The position numbers and the translations under genes are program-made. 64,000 bases of DNA, from positions 3,655-67,654 of the forward strand of contig JBHOQO010000139.1 in assembly GCA_042408925.1 (NCBI GenBank), in the 5' to 3' direction. This document shows positions 1-8,740 of this stretch, piece after piece (position 1 is the stretch's first letter; each line of letters opens with the position of its first letter). The stretch is from Chloroflexota bacterium. GTDB taxonomy: Bacteria; Chloroflexota; Limnocylindria; Limnocylindrales; CSP1-4. Below the pieces are notes generated by a model. That model was not told the origin of the DNA, made no database searches, and saw nothing but the letters and a program-made list of their open reading frames with translations.

Positions 1-2
1 GG

Positions 3-776
3 ATGGACCTCGACGACCTGCGGGCGGGCGCGCGGGCGGCCGTCCGGTCGCCCCACCTCGAGCTCCTCGGCGTCCACGCGTTCGGCGCCTCGAACGTCCT
101 CGACGCCTCGGCCGTGGCGGCCCACGTCGCCGCGACGATCGAGCTCGGGGCCGAGCTGGCCCGGAGCGTCGGGTTCCCGCTCCGGCTCGTCGACGTCGGC
201 GGCGGGCTCGGGATCCCGTACGAGCCGCACGAGGAATCGCTGGACCTCGTCGGGCTCGGGGCCCGGCTCCGCTCGCTCGCCGCCCGGCTCCGCGACGACC
301 CGGTCACCCGCGAAACCCGGGTCCTCTTTGAGCCGGGCCGCTTCCTCGTCGGTCCGGCGGGGGCGTACCTCGCCCGGGTCGTCGACCGGAAGTCGGTGAA
401 CGGGACGGCGGTCGTCGTCCTCGACGGCGGCGTCCACCACGTCCTCCGCCCAGCCCTCGTCGGCCAGGAGCACCGGGTCCGACCCGTCGCTGGTCGGGGG
501 GTGTCGGGGAGCAAGCAGTGGCCGGTCACCGTGGCCGGGCCGCTCTGCTCGGGCCTCGACGTCCTCGCCTCGGCGGCGGTCATGGTCGTGCCGGAGCCGG
601 GGGATCTCGTCGCGGTCCTCGACGTCGGCGCCTACGGCTTCACCGAATCGATGCCGTTCTTCCTCTCCCACCCGATTCCGGCCGAGGTCGCGGTCCGCGA
701 CGGCCGGGCGGAGCTGATCCGGCCCCGGATCGAGCCGGAGGCCTGGTTGGAGCAGCAGCGGCTCCCCGACTGGTAG
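3..776 (+). CDS. lysA: Diaminopimelate decarboxylase (Orn/DAP/Arg decarboxylase family 2), C-terminal portion; 5' end lies outside the window
   Basis: The translation carries the PLP-fold decarboxylase barrel and C-terminal domain motifs: VDVGGGLGIPY, GPLCSGLDVL and EPGDLVAVLDVGAYGFTESMPFFLSHP. The ORF is open at the window edge. Confidence 0.7.
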   Translation: MDLDDLRAGARAAVRSPHLELLGVHAFGASNVLDASAVAAHVAATIELGAELARSVGFPLRLVDVGGGLGIPYEPHEESLDLVGLGARLRSLAARLRDDPVTRETRVLFEPGRFLVGPAGAYLARVVDRKSVNGTAVVVLDGGVHHVLRPALVGQEHRVRPVAGRGVSGSKQWPVTVAGPLCSGLDVLASAAVMVVPEPGDLVAVLDVGAYGFTESMPFFLSHPIPAEVAVRDGRAELIRPRIEPEAWLEQQRLPDW

Positions 777-879
777 GGGCACGTCGCGTCGCCGAGCACG
801 CCGGCGATCGGGGCCGCTGGCCGGGCAGCAGCGGATCCCGGACTGGTAGGCGTCACGTCGCGGACACGGATCTTCTCAG

Positions 880-1230
880 ATACTCCCACGGCGAGTGAAC
901 CGCGCGACGGGCCCGGGAATTTCCACGCCGTCGACGCCGTCTCCGTGCTCGGCCGTGCTCGGCGAGGGCCCGATCCGGCCCTCCTGACTTCTGGAACACT
1001 CCCAGCGTGAGTAACGAGGAAAAACCGACTCGCGGTCTACTACCCCGGCGAGTATTCGAGAATTCCCGCCGCCGGCGGCGCGACCCTTACTACCCCCAGG
1101 AGTAATCGAGAATTCCGACCGGCTCCGGCGGCCACGCCGAGCCTTCGACTGTCTCGGCCGCGGCGTTCGTCGCAGGAGTCATCGAGGATTCCGACCGGCT
1201 CCGGCGGCCACGGTACCGGCCCGCCGAGGC
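880..1230. repeat. Degenerate tandem repeat array, about 5 units of 55-65 bp with core CTACCCC-GG-GAGTA-TCGAGAATTCCGACCGGCTCCGGCGGCCACG. It is intergenic between convergent genes.
   Basis: Direct reading shows repeated blocks: 'tactcccacggcgagtgaac', 'acactcccagcgtgagtaacgag', 'ctaccccggcgagtattcgagaattcc', 'ctacccccaggagtaatcgagaattccgaccggctccggcggccacg' and 'cgcaggagtcatcgaggattccgaccggctccggcggccacgg'. Confidence 0.6.
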
Positions 1231-1264
1231 CCGAGCGCGAACCCGGCCGCCGGGCCCGGCGACG

Positions 1265-1678
1265 TCAGCTCCGCATCCGCAGATCGATGCTGAAGTCGAC
1301 GAAGGCCCGCAGCCGGGCGAGGGCGTCCGCCCAGCCTTCGATGGCCGCCGCCCAGGCCTCGAGGCCGCCCGGGGCGTCGAGCGGAAACGGGCCGTCCTCG
1401 AGGACGAGCCGGCTGCCGTACCCGTCGCGCTCGAGCCGGATCGTCGCCGTCGTCACGACCGAGTCGTCCGGCCCCCAGGGGCGGCGGACGACGAGGGAGC
1501 GGCCCGGTTCGATCGAGAGGACGTCCCACCAGACCCGCTCGTGCGGCCAGATGAGCGTCGAGCGCGTTCCGGCGGCGAGGGACCCTTCGATCCGTTCCGG
1601 GAACCAGCGGACGATCTCCTCGGGATCGGAGAGGCAGCGGAGGACCCGCTCCGGCGAGGCCGAGAAGCGTCGCTCCAT
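1265..1678 (-). CDS. SRPBCC superfamily protein (Aha1/activator-of-Hsp90-ATPase-like domain)
   Basis: The C-terminal 138 aa of track ORF 1265..2278 (MERRFSASPERVLRCLSDPEEIVRWFPERIEGS...) fit the AHSA1/SRPBCC fold pattern. The upstream low-complexity Arg/Pro part of the ORF is treated as a GC artifact. The ATG is at about 1676-1678. Confidence 0.55.
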   Translation of the reverse strand: MERRFSASPERVLRCLSDPEEIVRWFPERIEGSLAAGTRSTLIWPHERVWWDVLSIEPGRSLVVRRPWGPDDSVVTTATIRLERDGYGSRLVLEDGPFPLDAPGGLEAWAAAIEGWADALARLRAFVDFSIDLRMRS

Positions 1679-1755
1679 GCGGACCCAGCGCCTCGGCTCC
1701 ACCCCGGGCGGCACGGCGGCCGCGCCCGCTTCGTCCGGCGACGGGCCGACCCCGC

Positions 1756-2343
1756 TCACAGGCCGAGCTCCCGCTCGACGGTCCGGAGCCCCGCGATCAC
1801 GTTCGCGACGTGGGTCTCGAACGGGACCCCGAGCTCCGCCGCGCCGGCGGTGAGCTGCTCGCGGTCGACCTGCCGGGCGAAGCCCTTGTCTCGCAGCTTC
1901 TTCGTCACCGCAGCGACGTCGACCTCGGCGAGGCGCTTGTTCGGCCGGACGAGGGCCACGGCGATGACGAAGCCGGCCATCTCGTCGCAGGCGTAGACGG
2001 TTCGGGCCAGGTCGCTCGTCCGCGGGTGGCCGGTGTGGTCGCCGTGTCCGAGGACGGCGTCGACGACGGGCTCCGGGTAGCCGAGCCGGCGGAGCTCTTC
2101 CACGCCCCGGAGCGGGTGCTCGTCGGGGTAGCGCTCGTAGTCGAAGTCGTGGAGGAGGCCGGCGATCCGCCAGAGCTCGAGATCGGGGTCCCGGACGCCG
2201 AAGTGGTTCGCCCCGTACCAGGCGACGGCGGCCTCGACGGCCAGGCCGTGCTTGCGGAGCGAGGGCGAGGTCGTCCACTCGCAGAGGAGGCGCCAGGCGT
2301 CCTCCCTCGTCGGGGTGCCGGTGGGCGCGTCGCGGTTCGCCAT
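1756..2343 (-). CDS. HD-domain metal-dependent phosphohydrolase (HDIG-type)
   Basis: HD motif: GLLHDFDYERYPDEHPLRG ... VLGHGDHTG ... YACDEMAGF. I trimmed the start to the internal ATG (MANRDAPTG) at about 2343; the N-terminal part of the track ORF is low-complexity. Confidence 0.6.
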   Translation of the reverse strand: MANRDAPTGTPTREDAWRLLCEWTTSPSLRKHGLAVEAAVAWYGANHFGVRDPDLELWRIAGLLHDFDYERYPDEHPLRGVEELRRLGYPEPVVDAVLGHGDHTGHPRTSDLARTVYACDEMAGFVIAVALVRPNKRLAEVDVAAVTKKLRDKGFARQVDREQLTAGAAELGVPFETHVANVIAGLRTVERELGL

Positions 2344-2474
2344 GGCGCGATCGAGGGTAGCACCCGCGGCGATCCGCGGCGGGCCGAACCGGGACCGTAG
2401 GAAACGCCAGGGCGCCGCGGCCGACGAACCGGCCGCGGCGCCCGTCACACGGTGGGGCAGCGAAGGAGCGACGC

Positions 2475-3530
2475 CTAGCGGATCAGGCCGAGGAAGAGCT
2501 GCGGATCCCCCGGCTGCGGCGGCCCCCCGACCCCCGCCGAGACCGACGGCAGGCCGTAGTACTCGCTGAAGACACCCGAGAGCCAGGAGACGGCCGGCCC
2601 GTTGCCCTCGTACCCGGTCAGGGTAAAGGCCGCCGCCCCGACGATCGTGAAGACGGCGTTGTTGCCGTTGCACGGATCGCAGCCCGAGACGACCGGAATG
2701 AGGACGGTCTGGCCGACCCACTTGTCGAGGCAGGCCCGGACGTCGTTCGCGTTCGTCGCGCCGGGGTCGCCCGGGAAGTCGGCCGGGAAGTCGAAGGCCG
2801 GGTTGTTCGGATTGCAGATGGCCGCGGCGAGGGCGCCGGCGTTGTTCGAGCCGGTCCAGGAGATCCAGCCAAAGTTGCCGGGGCCGAAGTTCGGGCTGCT
2901 TCCGCCACCCTTGGTGGTCCCGGTCTCGGTGAGGACGTACTCCCGGCCCGGCTCGAACGGCTGGGGCGGATTCGTCCCGATCGGAAGGAGGATCCCGCCT
3001 GGGACTCCGGTCAGTCGCCCCGCGATCGCCGTCGCGCCGGCCCCGACGGTCCAGCTCGTCTGCCCGACGACCCCGAGGAAGAACGTCCTGGGGCTCCGGG
3101 TCACCGTCACGGCGACACCCTGGGTATTCGGTGGCAGGCCGCTCGGCTCGTTCACGACCGGTCCGAGAACGTTCTCCTGCCGGTCGACAAAGTTCGCCGT
3201 CCAGGTACAGGGCGGCGTCCCGGAGGCGCGGCAGCCGTTGGCCTGGGCGATCGAATCGATCGCGGCATAGACGGTTGCGCTCGTCACCGTCGTCAGCGGT
3301 CCCGCTTGGTAGTGGTCGGCGACGATCTTCGTCCCGGCCAGGGCGGCGGTGTCGGCGACGTTCTGGGCCTCGCGGCGGTTCAGGAAGGCGAAGCCGCCGT
3401 CGATGACGAGCCCGACGAAGAGGATGATCGTGATGAGTCCGCCCACGAAGACGACGAGGACCTGACCTCGCTCGGAGTCGCCGAGCACCGGGCGGCGGAG
3501 GTGACCGGCGACAGCGGAGAAGCGCACCAT
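2475..3530 (-). CDS. TadG-like / putative Flp-pilus-assembly TadE/G-like protein (Tad N-terminal domain followed by a large extracellular region)
   Basis: The N-terminus SERGQVLVVFVGGLITIILFVGLVIDGGFAFLNRREAQNVADTAALAG matches the Tad-like pseudopilin N-terminal domain. Confidence 0.55.
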   Translation of the reverse strand: MVRFSAVAGHLRRPVLGDSERGQVLVVFVGGLITIILFVGLVIDGGFAFLNRREAQNVADTAALAGTKIVADHYQAGPLTTVTSATVYAAIDSIAQANGCRASGTPPCTWTANFVDRQENVLGPVVNEPSGLPPNTQGVAVTVTRSPRTFFLGVVGQTSWTVGAGATAIAGRLTGVPGGILLPIGTNPPQPFEPGREYVLTETGTTKGGGSSPNFGPGNFGWISWTGSNNAGALAAAICNPNNPAFDFPADFPGDPGATNANDVRACLDKWVGQTVLIPVVSGCDPCNGNNAVFTIVGAAAFTLTGYEGNGPAVSWLSGVFSEYYGLPSVSAGVGGPPQPGDPQLFLGLIR

Positions 3531-3540
3531 CGTGACCTCG

Positions 3541-3984
3541 CTAGTTGTTGACGACCATCCGGGAGGTGGCCGAGAGGGTTCGGGGGCCGACGAGCTGGCC
3601 GATGATCGGGGTTAGCATCCCGACCGTCGTATCGACCCGGACGACGAGGACGTTGTCCTTCGTGCAGATCGAGCGGGCCGTCCCAAAGACGTCCTCGCAG
3701 GTGACCGTCACCGTGGGGTTCGGGACGGCGGCCATGAGGGTTCGCGTCTTGGTGGCGATGTTCGTCCGATCGGCGGCGCTGATCGAGCGACCCTGGACGA
3801 TCCCCCAGCGGGCTCCCTCGCGGGCGGCCTCGGCGATCGCGTTGTTGATGTAGGCGAGCCGGCCGAGGTCGACGAGCCCGAAGAGGAGGAGGATGAACAG
3901 GGGGAAGACGAGGGCGAACTCGACGAGGGCCTGGCCGCGGGAGCGGCGCCGCTCGGCTCGGGTTCGGGTGGAGCGTCGGATCAT
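3541..3984 (-). CDS. TadE-like pseudopilin
   Basis: GQALVEFALVFPLFILLLFGLVDLGRLAYINNAIAEAAREGARWG is a classic TadE N-terminal motif. The protein is 147 aa. Confidence 0.65.
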   Translation of the reverse strand: MIRRSTRTRAERRRSRGQALVEFALVFPLFILLLFGLVDLGRLAYINNAIAEAAREGARWGIVQGRSISAADRTNIATKTRTLMAAVPNPTVTVTCEDVFGTARSICTKDNVLVVRVDTTVGMLTPIIGQLVGPRTLSATSRMVVNN

Positions 3985-3985
3985 C

Positions 3986-4963
3986 TCAGTTCACCTGGAC
4001 GTACTCGGTCTTCGTGATCGTCGTCGCGCAGGTGAGGTCTTTCGTGTCGCTGGTCGTCCGGATGGTCAGCGTCACGGTGAACTTGCCCTTCGACGACCAG
4101 CTGTGGCTGACCGTCGGCCAGCTCGTCGAGTCGGTCGAGTTGTCGCCGAAGGTCCAGAGCCAGCTCGTCGGTGCCGGGTTCGAGGTGCCGGTGAAGGTGA
4201 CGCTCTGGCCGACGTTGACCATGACCCGCCCGTTCGATCCGGGTGCCGGGTTCGAGGTGAAGTCGCCGGTCGGCTTCGTGCACATCGGCGAGGCGATCGG
4301 CGTCGGGGTCGGGACCGGGGTCGGGGTGGGCGTCGCCGTCGGGGTCGGCGTCGGGCTGTTGTACGCCGCCGGGTTGAAGACGACGGCGCTCGCCTGGGCG
4401 CCGAGGGTGACGGCGTTGCCGAAGAAGGCCCGAACGAGCGGCGTCAGGAGGGTGAACGACCGCTCGACGCGGACCCGGTACGTGTCGCCCTTGACGCAGG
4501 CAGCGAGGCTGCTCCGGGCGGTCCCGTCGGGGGCGAGGCAGGTCACGGTAACGGTCACGCCCGTGCCCGTCTCCTGGGTCACCCGGTACGTCACGTTGTT
4601 CGGGTTCGGGCAGGCGCTCGCCGTGTCGCAGTCGGGGTTCATCCCGCCGAAGATGGCGCCTTCGCGGGCGCCGTTCGTGATCGCGACGTAGGAGAAGAAC
4701 ATCCTGCCTGCGTCGATGGCCGTCCCGAGGAGGACGAGGAAGACGGGCAGGACGAGGGCGAACTCGACGAGGCTCTGGCCGCGGCCGGCTCGGTGGGCCG
4801 GCGGTCGATCGGCCGCGCCGACCCGTCCGAGGTGCCGCCTCAGGGCCGGGAAGGGTCGCCGGTCAGGGGCGCTTCGAGGGTGGTCGGCTGGGGTGGGCGG
4901 TGGGCCCGGCGGCCGGGTTCGTGGTCGGTGCAACATCGGCATCCCCGTGCGGTGCATGAACAC
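3986..4963 (-). CDS. TadE-like pseudopilin with a Pro/Thr linker and a C-terminal PKD domain
   Basis: TadE motif: GQSLVEFALVLPVFLVLLGTAIDAGRMFFSY. It is followed by a PTPTPTATPTPTPVPTPTP linker and a PKD-like segment (VTFTGTS...WTFGDNSTDSTSWPTVSHSWSSKGKFTVTL). The true start within the ORF is uncertain. Confidence 0.55.
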   Translation of the reverse strand: MFMHRTGMPMLHRPRTRPPGPPPTPADHPRSAPDRRPFPALRRHLGRVGAADRPPAHRAGRGQSLVEFALVLPVFLVLLGTAIDAGRMFFSYVAITNGAREGAIFGGMNPDCDTASACPNPNNVTYRVTQETGTGVTVTVTCLAPDGTARSSLAACVKGDTYRVRVERSFTLLTPLVRAFFGNAVTLGAQASAVVFNPAAYNSPTPTPTATPTPTPVPTPTPIASPMCTKPTGDFTSNPAPGSNGRVMVNVGQSVTFTGTSNPAPTSWLWTFGDNSTDSTSWPTVSHSWSSKGKFTVTLTIRTTSDTKDLTCATTITKTEYVQVN

Positions 4964-5161
4964 GCCGGAGATGCTCGACCGCTTCCCTTACGGCCGGCCT
5001 TGAAATGGTGCGCCGCCGCATAGCCCATTCGTTCATACGGGGCTGGTGCCATCAACGGCGGAACCGGCGACCCACCGGCATCGGTTTCGAGCTCCCCGAC
5101 ATGTGGAGGCCGACGATACCGGCCGGCCCTTGCAGGTTACCTTACAGGGCCGGCACGCCCC

Positions 5162-6694
5162 CTAACTTTCCGTCGGCGGCTCCGCCGGGAGGTAGACGCT
5201 GAAGGCCGCGCCCGGCTCGCCCGGTCGCGACGGCTCGAGGACGAGGTCGCCGCCCATCGCCCGGCAGAGCTCCCGCGACACGTAGAGCCCGAGCCCGCTG
5301 CCGTCCTCGGCCGTGCCGCCTCCGCGCCCGAACCGACTGAAGAGGCGCGGCCGATCGGCGTCGGCGATCCCGGGGCCCCGGTCGGCGACCGTCAGCCGAA
5401 GGCGGCCGCCCTCGACGTCGCGGGCGACCTCCACCTCGACGGCGGCGCCCCGGCCGTGCCTCGTGGCGTTGTCGAGGAGCGCCCAGAGGACCTGGTCGAG
5501 CTGGTCCGGATCGGCGATGGCGAGCCAGCCCTCGGAGCGGTCCTCGAGCCGGAAGGGGACGTCGCCGGCGGCGAGCGCCTCCCAGGCCCGCCGGACGCGC
5601 GGCCCGAGGGCGACGACTTCCGCCTGAGGCTTGAGGGCTCCCGATTCGAGCCGCGAGACGGTGAGGAGCTGGCGAACCATCCGCGAGAGGCGGTCGGCCT
5701 GCTCGACGATGATCCCGAGCCTTCGGTCGGCGCGTTCGCCGGCAAGCTGGTCGGCGTAGGCCCGGATCCGGGCGAGCGGGGTCTGGAGGTTGTGGCTGAC
5801 GCCCCGGAGGAAGTCGTCCTTCGCCGCATCGAGGGCCCGGAGCTGCTCGTTTTGGGCTTCGACTCGGGCGAAGAGCTCGGCGTTCCGGATCGCGATCGCG
5901 ACCTCGCGGGCGAAGAGCTCGAGGAGGTCCTGGTCGGCCCGCTCCCAGTGACGGGTCGCCGGGAGGCGACCGACGAGGACGCCGAGTCGCTCGTCCCCGA
6001 TCCGGAGCTCCGCGCGGACCGGTCGGCTCAGGCCCGGGACGACCTCTTCCTCCGGGACCCGGCCCGGGTCGCCGAGGACGACGCTCGCGTCGAGGAGGCC
6101 GAAGGCCTCGCGGGCATCGACGGCGGCGCGGCCGGCGAGGAACTCGACGCCGTCGCGGATCGAGATTTGTTCGATGGCGGCCCGGATCCGGGCGAGCTCG
6201 CGGTTCCGGCGCTCGAGGTCGGCGGCGAGGCGGTTGTGGCTTTCGGCGAGTCGGGCGATCTCGTCTTCGCCGCTGATCTCGAGAGGCGTCGAGAGGTCCC
6301 CGGCCGAGACGCGCTCGACGGCCGAAGCGATCCGCCGCAGGGGCGCACCGAGGTCGGCGGCGAGGGCGAAGGCGAGGAGGACGGCGACGACGATCGTCAC
6401 CGCCAGGGCGAGGAGGAGGAGGCGGAGGACGGTATCGTCGGAGAGCCCGGGGCGGCCGACGAGGAGGACGACGGCCCCGAAGGCGGTGAGGGGGAGGACG
6501 GCGGCGCCGACGAGGGCCAGGGTGAGGCGGACCCGGAAGGGAAGGCCGAGACGCGGCCGCCAGGTCTCGGCCTCGCCGCCGGGCTGCTCTTCGGCGGCGC
6601 CGGGTTCGAGCAGCACCCCGGACGAGCTCGTCGCGCCGAGGGTGCTCGGGCCGCTGGCTCTCGGGTCGGGGGCGCCCGGGGGTTCGGTCATCGC
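5162..6694 (-). CDS. Sensor histidine kinase (TM-HAMP-GAF-like-HisKA-HATPase)
   Basis: HisKA H-box FLRGVSHNLQTPLARIRAY; HATPase motifs DNATRHG and GSGLGLYVSREL; a hydrophobic TM segment and a HAMP-like segment. I set the start at the internal ATG (MTEPPGAPDP) at about 6694 to avoid overlap with the response-regulator gene. Confidence 0.7.
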   Translation of the reverse strand, partial: AMTEPPGAPDPRASGPSTLGATSSSGVLLEPGAAEEQPGGEAETWRPRLGLPFRVRLTLALVGAAVLPLTAFGAVVLLVGRPGLSDDTVLRLLLLALAVTIVVAVLLAFALAADLGAPLRRIASAVERVSAGDLSTPLEISGEDEIARLAESHNRLAADLERRNRELARIRAAIEQISIRDGVEFLAGRAAVDAREAFGLLDASVVLGDPGRVPEEEVVPGLSRPVRAELRIGDERLGVLVGRLPATRHWERADQDLLELFAREVAIAIRNAELFARVEAQNEQLRALDAAKDDFLRGVSHNLQTPLARIRAYADQLAGERADRRLGIIVEQADRLSRMVRQLLTVSRLESGALKPQAEVVALGPRVRRAWEALAAGDVPFRLEDRSEGWLAIADPDQLDQVLWALLDNATRHGRGAAVEVEVARDVEGGRLRLTVADRGPGIADADRPRLFSRFGRGGGTAEDGSGLGLYVSRELCRAMGGDLVLEPSRPGEPGAAFSVYLPAEPPTES

Positions 6695-6731
6695 CGCCTC
6701 CCTCCGTCCGCTGGCGGCTCGAGCGACCTGA

Positions 6732-7529
6732 TCACCGATCCGGGCCTCGGGCTGAGCGCTGCTCGTCCGACGCCGGGGTCGTCGGCGTCGTGTCGGCCGA
6801 TGAGGCGGGCGGACTGGCGACGAGTCGATACCCGACGCCACGGACGGTCAGGAGGTGCCGGGGTCGGTCGGGGTCCGGCTCGATCTTCTGGCGGAGCCGT
6901 CGCATCGTGACCCAGACGTAGGACGGGTCGGCATCGTCGGTCTCCGCCCAGCCGCGGGCGATGAGCGTCTCGGTCGGGACGGTCTGGCCGAGGTTCGCGG
7001 CGAGGGCGTAGAGGAGGCGCGACTCGGTCGGGGTGAGGGCGACGACGCGGCCGCGGACCGAGGCGGTCCGGCGGTGGAGGTCGAGGGAGAGGTCGGGCCC
7101 CAGGACGAGGCTCTGGCGGGGCACGCGATCGCCGAGCCGGCGGAGGACGCGGTTGATCCGGGCGCGGAGCTCGGGGTAGTGGAAGGGCTTGGTGACGTAG
7201 TCCTCGGCGACCTCGTCGAGGAGGTCGGCCTTGCTGTCGGCGGCGTCGATGGCCGAGAGGACGATGATCGGGAGGTCGGCGATCGCCTTGATCTCGCGGG
7301 CCAGGGACAGGCCGTCGAGTCGCGGCATCATCATGTCGAGGACGATGAGGTCGGGCCAGCCGGACCGAAGGCGGCGGAGAGCTTCCTGGCCGTCGCGGGC
7401 GGTGGCGACCGCGAAGCCGTCGTCGCGGAGCTGCTCGGCGAGGACGACGAGGAGGTTCGGGTCGTCGTCGACGAGCAGGATGCGCGGGGCGTTTGGGCCG
7501 TACGGTGCACCCGCCCTGCCGGGGAGCAT
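6732..7529 (-). CDS. OmpR-family response regulator (receiver plus winged-helix)
   Basis: Receiver domain: RILLVDDDPNLLVVLAEQLRDDGFAV...DLIVLDMMMPRLDG. Winged helix: VRGVGYRLV. Confidence 0.8.
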   Translation of the reverse strand: MLPGRAGAPYGPNAPRILLVDDDPNLLVVLAEQLRDDGFAVATARDGQEALRRLRSGWPDLIVLDMMMPRLDGLSLAREIKAIADLPIIVLSAIDAADSKADLLDEVAEDYVTKPFHYPELRARINRVLRRLGDRVPRQSLVLGPDLSLDLHRRTASVRGRVVALTPTESRLLYALAANLGQTVPTETLIARGWAETDDADPSYVWVTMRRLRQKIEPDPDRPRHLLTVRGVGYRLVASPPASSADTTPTTPASDEQRSARGPDR

Positions 7530-7599
7530 GGCCCGAGGATAGCAGCGCCCGGGGGCCGATCGGCGCTGCGGGCGCTGGGTGCGGGTCGGGCGGCCGTCA

Positions 7600-7812
7600 A
7601 CGTGACCTCACCTCCGCTCTATGGGTGCGCTCGGTGACGCCGTGGCTGGACACTTCGCCTGGGACGTGCCGTTCGGTGCGCTCGGTGACGCCGTAGCTGG
7701 ACATCTCGGCCAGCTCGGGACGTAGTCGCTCCAAGTGTCCAGCTAGGCCGTCACGGGCGGCGGGGAACGAACCCGGGACCTCCAAGTGTCCAGCTAGGCC
7801 GTCACGGACGGC
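7600..7812. repeat. Intergenic repeat cluster with 4 copies of a roughly 22-bp motif (GTGACGCCGT[A/G]GCTGGACA[C/T]YTCG): 2 direct and 2 inverted, spaced about 50 bp apart
   Basis: Read directly: 'ggtgacgccgtggctggacacttcg', 'ggtgacgccgtagctggacatctcgg', and two copies of 'caagtgtccagctaggccgtcacgg', which is the reverse complement of the same motif. The cluster lies in the promoter region of the two-component-system operon. Confidence 0.7.
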
Positions 7813-7852
7813 GGGGAACGCACACCCCGCGCACCCCCGCGCACCCCCGCCC

Positions 7853-8740
7853 CTACGGCGCTCGCGGGTCGACGAAGCGGCAGCGCGGCGCGACCGGGCA
7901 GGCCCTGCAGTTCGGCCGCCGCGCCTCGCAGATCCGCCGGCCGTGCGTGATCAGGTTGACGTGCGCCTCGTACACCTGGTCGGGCCGCAGCAGTTCCAGG
8001 TAGATGTCGTGGCACTCGTCGGCCGTCGCCGTCGCCGGCACGAGCCCGATCCGCTTCGAGACCCGCTCCACGTGCCGGTCGACCGGCATGAGCGGCATCC
8101 CGAAGCAGAACATGAGGATGACCGAAGCCGTCTTCTTGCCGATCCCGTCGATCGACGTCAGCCAGTCGCGGGCTGCGAGCGGCTCCATCGCCCCGAGAAA
8201 CTCGAGCGAGAAGTCGCCCCGCTCGTCCCGGATCCGGCGCAGCGCGGCGACCAATCGCGGCGCCTTCTGCCGGGCGAGCCCCCCGGGCCGGATCGCCTCC
8301 TCGACCTCCTCGATCGGCGCCTCGGCGATCGCCGCCCAGTCCGGCGCCGGCGCCAGCTCGATCCCGAGCCCGCCCCAGCCGTCGGGCGGCGTCCCGTTCG
8401 CCCGCCGGTCGCCGACGACCGGCCCCGAGCCAGGGAAGCGGGCCCGGAGCGACTCGAAGGCCTGCTCGGCGTTCGTGTCGGCGCTGTTCTGGGCGAGGAT
8501 CGTGAGGACGAGCTCGGACGTCGGATCGAGCCGACGGCGCCAGGTCGGTCGCCCGTAGAGCGTGGCGAGCGCGTCGAGGACGAACGCGACGAGACCGGGC
8601 CGGGTTCGTGCGAGGCGCCGAGCCCAGGTTCGGGCCGGGTTCGCGGGCCGGCGTCGGCGGGTCGGCCGCCGGACCGCACGGGCGGACCGTCTCGGTCGCT
8701 TCGAGCCCTCCGGCGGCGCCGTCTCGACCTCCTCGCTCAC
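7853..8740 (-). CDS. nth: Endonuclease III (HhH-GPD base-excision glycosylase with 4Fe-4S cluster), with a basic N-terminal tail
   Basis: HhH-GPD core: LVLTILAQNSADTNAEQAF...DGIGKKTASVILMFCFGMP. Cluster ligands C-x6-C-x2-C-x5-C: CEARRPNCRACPVAPRC. The proposed GTG start at 8738-8740 overlaps the upstream gene's TGA (GTGA); the rest of the 525-aa track ORF is low-complexity. Confidence 0.7.
   Translation of the reverse strand: MSEEVETAPPEGSKRPRRSARAVRRPTRRRRPANPARTWARRLARTRPGLVAFVLDALATLYGRPTWRRRLDPTSELVLTILAQNSADTNAEQAFESLRARFPGSGPVVGDRRANGTPPDGWGGLGIELAPAPDWAAIAEAPIEEVEEAIRPGGLARQKAPRLVAALRRIRDERGDFSLEFLGAMEPLAARDWLTSIDGIGKKTASVILMFCFGMPLMPVDRHVERVSKRIGLVPATATADECHDIYLELLRPDQVYEAHVNLITHGRRICEARRPNCRACPVAPRCRFVDPRAP

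Noticed and set aside
4964-5161. Search for an flp prepilin gene upstream of the tadE-like genes
   Set aside because: The only minus-strand ORF there (4840..5055) has no Flp motif and no hydrophobic pilin helix, so no pilin gene is called. The GC-rich hairpin at about 5118-5155 (GCCGGCCCT...AGGGCCGGC) has no adjacent T-run on either strand, so it is not called as a terminator.
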